Source: an uncultured Acidobacteriota bacterium
Lineage (GTDB): Bacteria > Acidobacteriota > UBA6911
Direction of reading: 5' to 3'
NCBI GenBank assembly: GCA_963773605.1
Contig: CAVZBT010000018.1
Coordinates: 65,071 to 129,070 of the forward strand
DNA length: 64,000 bases
Each line of letters starts with the position of its first letter. Position 1 is the stretch's first letter. Shown piece after piece: positions 59,807-64,000 of this stretch. The position numbers and the translations under genes are program-made. Under the pieces are notes generated by a model. That model did not search any database, had not been told where the DNA came from, and saw nothing but the letters and a program-made list of their open reading frames with translations.

Positions 59807-60508
59807 CTAGCCGGCCGTGGCCGCCTGGTAATGCTCGTCCCCGGACAAGCGGGACGTTACGTGCGGAGCTGCGACCCGGTCGAGCCGCACCAGGTCGATG
59901 CCTCGTTCTTCGAGGTAGCGGAGGGTGCTCTCCATACCGCCCGGAGTTGGATCGCCTTCCAACGCAAGGATCACAGCGTTCGGATCCATGAAACGGATCT
60001 GCAGCGGGTTGAGCATCTCCCTGCCCAGCCAGTCGCTGCCGAGCTTCGCGGGGTCGTCGTTGCAGACCCCGACGACGGCGATTCCCGCGGACTCCAGCGC
60101 ATGGAATGTTATTTCGGCCAGATCTCCGCTGCCGCAAAGCACTACCCGGCGGGGCTTCTCACGGGTTCGCTCCAGGACCAGGGCCACGATGCGTTCCTTG
60201 GCTCGGGCAAACAGGTCGACCATCTCGTGGATCAGTTCGTGCTGGACCGACCTGAGTTGGCCCTCGCCGGCCGGGGTGATGTGGTAGGAAACCGTTTTGG
60301 TGGTTTTGCGGTGGTATTCCAGCCAACCCAGCGCGCAGAGCTCCTTCATGTAATTGTTGACCATCGACACCGACAGATCGCAGCGCCGCGCCAGTTCCGC
60401 CTGCTTCAGGTGCGGATCGGCGGCAAGCTCCTTCAGCAAGTTGAGCTGGTTCAACTTCGGGGCAGCGATAAACAGGGTGTTCGAGCCCTTCGTTCGCATC
60501 GGTCTCAC
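59807..60508 (-). CDS. Winged-helix (MarR/ArsR-like) transcriptional regulator fused to a Rossmann-like C-terminal domain
   Basis: The wHTH is 'LNLLKELAADPHLKQAELARRCDLSVSMVNNYMKELCALGWLEY'. The C-terminal part is 'RVVLCGSGDLAEITFHALESAGIAVVGVCNDD'. Confidence 0.65.
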   Translation of the reverse strand: MRPMRTKGSNTLFIAAPKLNQLNLLKELAADPHLKQAELARRCDLSVSMVNNYMKELCALGWLEYHRKTTKTVSYHITPAGEGQLRSVQHELIHEMVDLFARAKERIVALVLERTREKPRRVVLCGSGDLAEITFHALESAGIAVVGVCNDDPAKLGSDWLGREMLNPLQIRFMDPNAVILALEGDPTPGGMESTLRYLEERGIDLVRLDRVAAPHVTSRLSGDEHYQAATAG

Positions 60509-60589
60509 TCGATCGGATAGGTGTGAAACACACTGCTCTCGCGGAGCACGTCCAACTCATCGGCGCCGGTGTTGGATATCTTTATGGCA

Positions 60590-60945
60590 GGCGGAGAAAC
60601 GGAAGCGGGAAGACAGAAGCCGGAAGCGGAAGACGGAAGCCGGAAGCCCGAAGACAGAAGCCGGAAGCCAGTAAATCGAAGCGGTACTTCCGGCTTCTGC
60701 GTTTCGATTGGAGTGTTGCTGGTGGCCTTACACGAGCTTTCTGGCCTTGTCCCGGAAGCCAGAAGCCAGTAAATCGAAGCCGGCTTCCGGCTTCTGCGTT
60801 TCGATTGGAGTGTTGCTGGCGGCCTTACACGAGCTTTCTGGTCTTGTCCCGGAAGCCAGAAGCCGGAAGCCCGTAAATGGAAGCCGGCTTCCGCCTTCTG
60901 TCTTCCGGCTTCCGCCTTCTGTCTTCCGGCTTCCGCCTTTGGATA
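60590..60945 (+). repeat. Composite GGAAGC-rich repeat array: two full and one partial copies of an about 98-bp unit, flanked by inverted (G)GAAGCCGGAAGAC/A-type arms
   Basis: Units are anchored at 'CAGTAAATCGAAGC' (60669 and 60767; a diverged copy lies near 60872). Each contains 'AATCGAA..TTCGATT' hairpin arms and 'GGAGTGTTGCTGG.GGCCTTACACGAGCTTTCTGG'. The left arm (60595-60665) is the reverse complement of the right arm (60880-60940). Confidence 0.85.
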
Positions 60946-60985
60946 GCTTTGTGCACATGGAGCCGGGGTGTGTTAATTTACACGG

Positions 60986-61405
60986 ATGCGGCGATACACG
61001 GAAGAACACGCGCACGCGGGGCTGGACGCCCCGTTGCCCAGTATCGAATGCTGGGAGAACCAGTTCCCGTCCTATGAAATTCAGGTCGTGATCCCCGAGT
61101 ACACCGCCATCTGCCCGAAAACGGGGTTGCCGGATTTCGGCACCCTGACCATAACCTATATCCCCGGCCAGTGGTGCCTCGAACTGAAGTCCCTCAAGGA
61201 ATACATCAATACCTACCGGAACCTCGGGATCTTTTACGAAAACGCCGTCAACCGCATCCTGAGGGACCTGGTCGCCGCCTCCAGTCCGATCGAAATGAAG
61301 GTGCGGGGCGAGTTTACGCCGCGAGGTGGCCTCCGGAGCAACATCGAAGCGACCTATAAAAGCGGAAGCCGGAAGCCGGGAGCCGGAAGCCGAAAGCTCG
61401 GGTAA
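60986..61405 (+). CDS. queF: NADPH-dependent 7-cyano-7-deazaguanine (preQ0) reductase QueF, type I
   Basis: 'EYTAICPKTGLPDFGTLTITYIP...LELKSLKEYINTYRNLGIFYENAVNRILRDL...VRGEFTPRGG' includes the catalytic Cys and the QueF motif E(S/L)K(S/A)hK(L/Y)(Y/F/W). The last 13 or so codons ('SGSRKPGAGSRKLG') are encoded by the downstream repeat. Confidence 0.9.
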   Translation: MRRYTEEHAHAGLDAPLPSIECWENQFPSYEIQVVIPEYTAICPKTGLPDFGTLTITYIPGQWCLELKSLKEYINTYRNLGIFYENAVNRILRDLVAASSPIEMKVRGEFTPRGGLRSNIEATYKSGSRKPGAGSRKLG

Positions 61406-61530
61406 GGCGGAAGGCGGAACCCGGGGAGCCGAAAGTGAGGCTTCGAGTTACTGGCTTCCTGGCTTCGGGCTTCCGGCTTCCAGGGGACCGTTCCAGAAAC
61501 CTCGTGTAAGCCCGTCCGCAACAGTCTAAT
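61355..61530 (-). repeat. Inverted partial copy of the GGAAGC-rich repeat family, downstream of queF
   Basis: 'GGCTTCGAGTTACTGGCTTCC' is the reverse complement of 'GGAAGCCAGTAAATCGAAGCC' with one mismatch. 'CCAGAAACCTCGTGTAAGCCC' is the reverse complement of 'GGCCTTACACGAGCTTTCTGG' with two mismatches. Confidence 0.75.
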
Positions 61531-61538
61531 CTTACTAA

Positions 61539-63596
61539 ATGTCTGACCACACCCGCGCCAACGCCCTTGCCGGCGAAACGAGCCCGTATCTCCTGCAACA
61601 TGCGCATAATCCGGTAGACTGGTTCCCCTGGTCCGCGGACGCGCTGCGGCGGGCCAGGGAGGAGGACAAGCCGATTCTCCTCAGCATCGGCTACTCCGCC
61701 TGCCACTGGTGTCACGTCATGGAGCGGGAGAGTTTCGAAAACGAGCAGATCGCGGGTCTGATGAACTATCACTTCGTCAACATCAAGGTGGATCGCGAGG
61801 AGCGGCCGGACCTGGACGCCATCTACATGAGCGCGGTCCAGATGATGACGGGCGGCGGGGGCTGGCCGATGACGGTGTTCCTGACCCCGGGGCTCGTCCC
61901 GTTTTTTGGCGGCACCTATTTCCCGCCCGAGGACCGGCATGGGCTGCCCGGCTTTCCCCGCGTGCTGGCGAGTGTAGCCGCGGCCTACCGCGACAAGAAA
62001 GACGCGATTCTGCACGACGCGGTCCAGGTGCTTCGGGCCCTGCAGCAGGCGGCCAGCCCGGAATCGGCCGCCGGCGTCCCTTCTCCCGCCACACTCGATA
62101 CGGCAGCGGCGCACCTGGTGGACAATTACGACGCCGCGAACGGCGGCTTCGGGGATGCGCCGAAGTTCCCGCCGTCCGATGAGCCTCATGTTCCTGTTGC
62201 GCTGCCACGTGCGCACGGGTGACGCGCAGTACCTCCGCATCGTCGAACACACGCTCGACGCAATGGCCCGCGGCGGCATCTACGATCAACTCGGGGGCGG
62301 ATTTCACCGTTACTCGGTCGACGCGCATTGGCTGGTGCCGCATTTCGAGAAGATGCTGTACGACAACGCCCTCCTGAGCAGGACCTACACCGAGGCCTGG
62401 CTCTTGACCGGAAACGCTCGTTTACCGGCGCATCGCCGAGGAGACGCTCGACTGGGTGCTGCGCGAAATGACCTCGCCCGCGGGAGGCTTCTACTCGACC
62501 CAGGACGCGGACAGCGAAGGCCACGAAGGGAAGTTTTTCGTGTGGGACCTGTCCGAGGTGCGTCTCCGCCCTGGGGCGCGACGACGGCCGAGCTGTTCTG
62601 CCGCTATTTCGACATCACCGCGGCCGGCAACTTCGAGGGGCGCAACATCCTGAACGTCCCCGAGCCGGCAGGCTCGTACGCGCGTCAGTATGGGCTCGAC
62701 GAGCACGAACTGCTGGAGCGGATTGCCCGTGGCCGCGCCGCCCTATTTCGCCAGAGGGAGACCCGGGTCAGACCCGGGAGAGACGAAAAGATCCTGACCG
62801 CATGGAACGGCTTGATGCTGCGCAGCTTCGCCGAGGCGGCGAACGCCTTCGACCGCAGCGACTACCGGGAAGCGGCGCTCCGGAACGCGGAATTCATCCT
62901 CGGGAGGCTGCACATCGAGCGGGCGTCTCAAGCGGAGCTACAAGGACGACCGGGCCCTGCACAATGCGTACCTGGAGGATTACAGCTTCCTGATAGACGG
63001 GCTGCTGGCGCTCTACCAGTCCGGCTTCGATGCCCGCTGGGTGCGCGAATCTCAGACGGCTGGCCGGCATCCTGGTCGAACAGTTCTGGGACGAGGACGG
63101 GGGCGGCTTCTATTTTACCTCACGCGACCACGAGGAGCTGATCTACCGGCCCAAGGACTACTACGACAACGCCACGCCCGTCCGGCAACTCGGTTGCGGT
63201 TCAGGCGCTGCTGCGGCTTGCGCATCTGACAGGCGACGAGACGTTGGGGCCGCTATGCCGAGCGCATACTGGGCAGCATGGCACCGCTGATGTCGGCGCA
63301 CCCGTCTGCGTTTTCAAATCTCCTTGTGCGGGCTCGATTTTCTGCTGTCCGGTCCCCGGGATATCGCCGTGTCCGGGGACCCGCGCGCCCCGGAAACCCG
63401 GGCGCTGCTGCGCGAGGTTTTCGGCCGTTATCTGCCGAATGCGGTCCTGGCGTGCGGCGTCGATGCGGACGTCCCCTTGCTGGAGGGGAAAAAACAGGAT
63501 GGCGGACGCCCGACGGCCTATGTGTGCCGGGGTCGCACTTGCAAGGCGCCCGTGGTTGCGCCGGTGGAGTTCGCTGTTCAGCTCGACGAGCCCTGA
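61539..63596 (+). CDS. Thioredoxin-domain protein, DUF255/YyaL (SSP411-like, N-terminal Trx-like plus AGE-fold domain), broken by at least 6 frameshifts
   Basis: '[54 protein letters not shown]', '[13 protein letters not shown]', '[35 protein letters not shown]', '[10 protein letters not shown]' and the terminal '[13 protein letters not shown]' lie in alternating frames. Confidence 0.8.
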
Positions 63597-63618
63597 GAAC
63601 GCGCCACCGGCTGGGCGA

Positions 63619-64000
63619 TCAGGCCGGGAAACGGACCACCCGGAACCCATAATCCGTGTAGCGGTACCCGGGAGGAAGAGAGCTGCGCGCCGAGCTGCGG
63701 GTCACCTTGACGCGGTGGCGCCACGAACCGCCGCGCGAGACTCTGCGCGACCCGGCCGCGGGGCCGCGCGGATTCAGGCGCGGGCTGACCCGGTAGTAAT
63801 CCCGGTCATACCAGTCCGCACACCATTCGTGGACGTTGTCCGCCATGTTGCAGAGACCGAAGTTGTTGGGAGGGCCGCCGACCTCCTCCGGCCTCCCCTC
63901 TTCCCAGCACCGGCCATAGTCGCCGGTATCCCGGGAAGGGGTAATCGCCCCACGGGATAGGCGGCAGGGCTGCCGCCCCGGCAGGCGTATTCTCTTTCCG
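63619..64000 (-). CDS. Formylglycine-generating-enzyme (SUMF1/FGE-sulfatase) family protein, 5'-partial (runs off the window), probable frameshift near 63945
   Basis: '[49 protein letters not shown]...DYGFRVV' is present. Upstream, 'IPWGDYPFPG' lies in a different frame. Confidence 0.75.
   Translation of the reverse strand, partial: GKRIRLPGRQPCRLSRGAITPSRDTGDYGRCWEEGRPEEVGGPPNNFGLCNMADNVHEWCADWYDRDYYRVSPRLNPRGPAAGSRRVSRGGSWRHRVKVTRSSARSSLPPGYRYTDYGFRVVRFPA

Noticed and set aside
60590-60945. CRISPR array
   Set aside because: The repeats are contiguous, about 98 bp long and low in complexity. They have no unique spacers of uniform length, and no cas genes are in the window.
60945-60985. preQ1 riboswitch upstream of queF
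   Set aside because: I found no small P1 hairpin followed by the conserved A-rich tail (…CUA…AAAAAACUA-like). The leader is only about 40 nt between the repeat array and the ATG.

Overview
GC-rich bacterial chromosomal window. The gene content (an Oar-like CarboxypepD_reg/TonB-dependent receptor, TPR-CHAT and ECF sigma genes, and GGAAGC-type intergenic repeats) suggests an Acidobacteriota-like genome; this is an inference, not a database result. I can support about 45 protein-coding genes, one tRNA (CAU anticodon), several repeat families and a series of gene remnants. There is no rRNA, CRISPR array, intact IS or prophage.

Layout:
- 0-22 kb: accessory and metabolic genes (AGE-family epimerase, VOC protein, pentapeptide protein, alaA, HDOD, GH18, O-methyltransferase, VapBC). 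Between them lie relics of a histidine kinase, a Ser/Thr kinase, a Fic protein, a 5'-3' exonuclease, a nucleotidyltransferase, an Ldh_2 dehydrogenase and an M14 peptidase.
- 22.5-29.9 kb: a 7.2 kb segment bounded by about 92 bp direct repeats, lying immediately 3' of the tRNA.
- 33.1-38.3 kb: an ECF sigma gene translationally coupled to a 1142-aa anti-sigma(ZAS)-TM-TPR-CHAT fusion, followed by a secreted orphan protein and a soluble mini-ZAS protein. This is the most system-like candidate in the window.
- 39.2-46.5 kb: core block rpoD-dnaG-larB-pnp-rpsO.
- 46.7-52.8 kb: metzincin-FN3-IPT-dockerin protease, ExeA-like ATPase with a SPOR domain, and an 848-aa beta-propeller protein.
- 53.0-59.7 kb: DUF721 protein, nucleotidase-like gene with an in-frame TGA (possible Sec codon), maf, nadK, tlyA, ispA, xseB, xseA.
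- 60.5-61.5 kb: queF bracketed by inverted arrays of a GGAAGC-rich repeat.
- 61.5-64.0 kb: DUF255 thioredoxin-domain gene and a partial FGE-family gene.

Major caveat: many conserved genes (rpoD, dnaG, pnp, larB, nadK, ispA, tlyA, the Gfo/Idh/MocA gene, the DUF255 gene) are broken by numerous frameshifts, while long accessory genes are intact. Where I could resolve the frameshifts, they are single-base changes in short homopolymers. This looks more like regionally poor consensus quality than real pseudogenisation.
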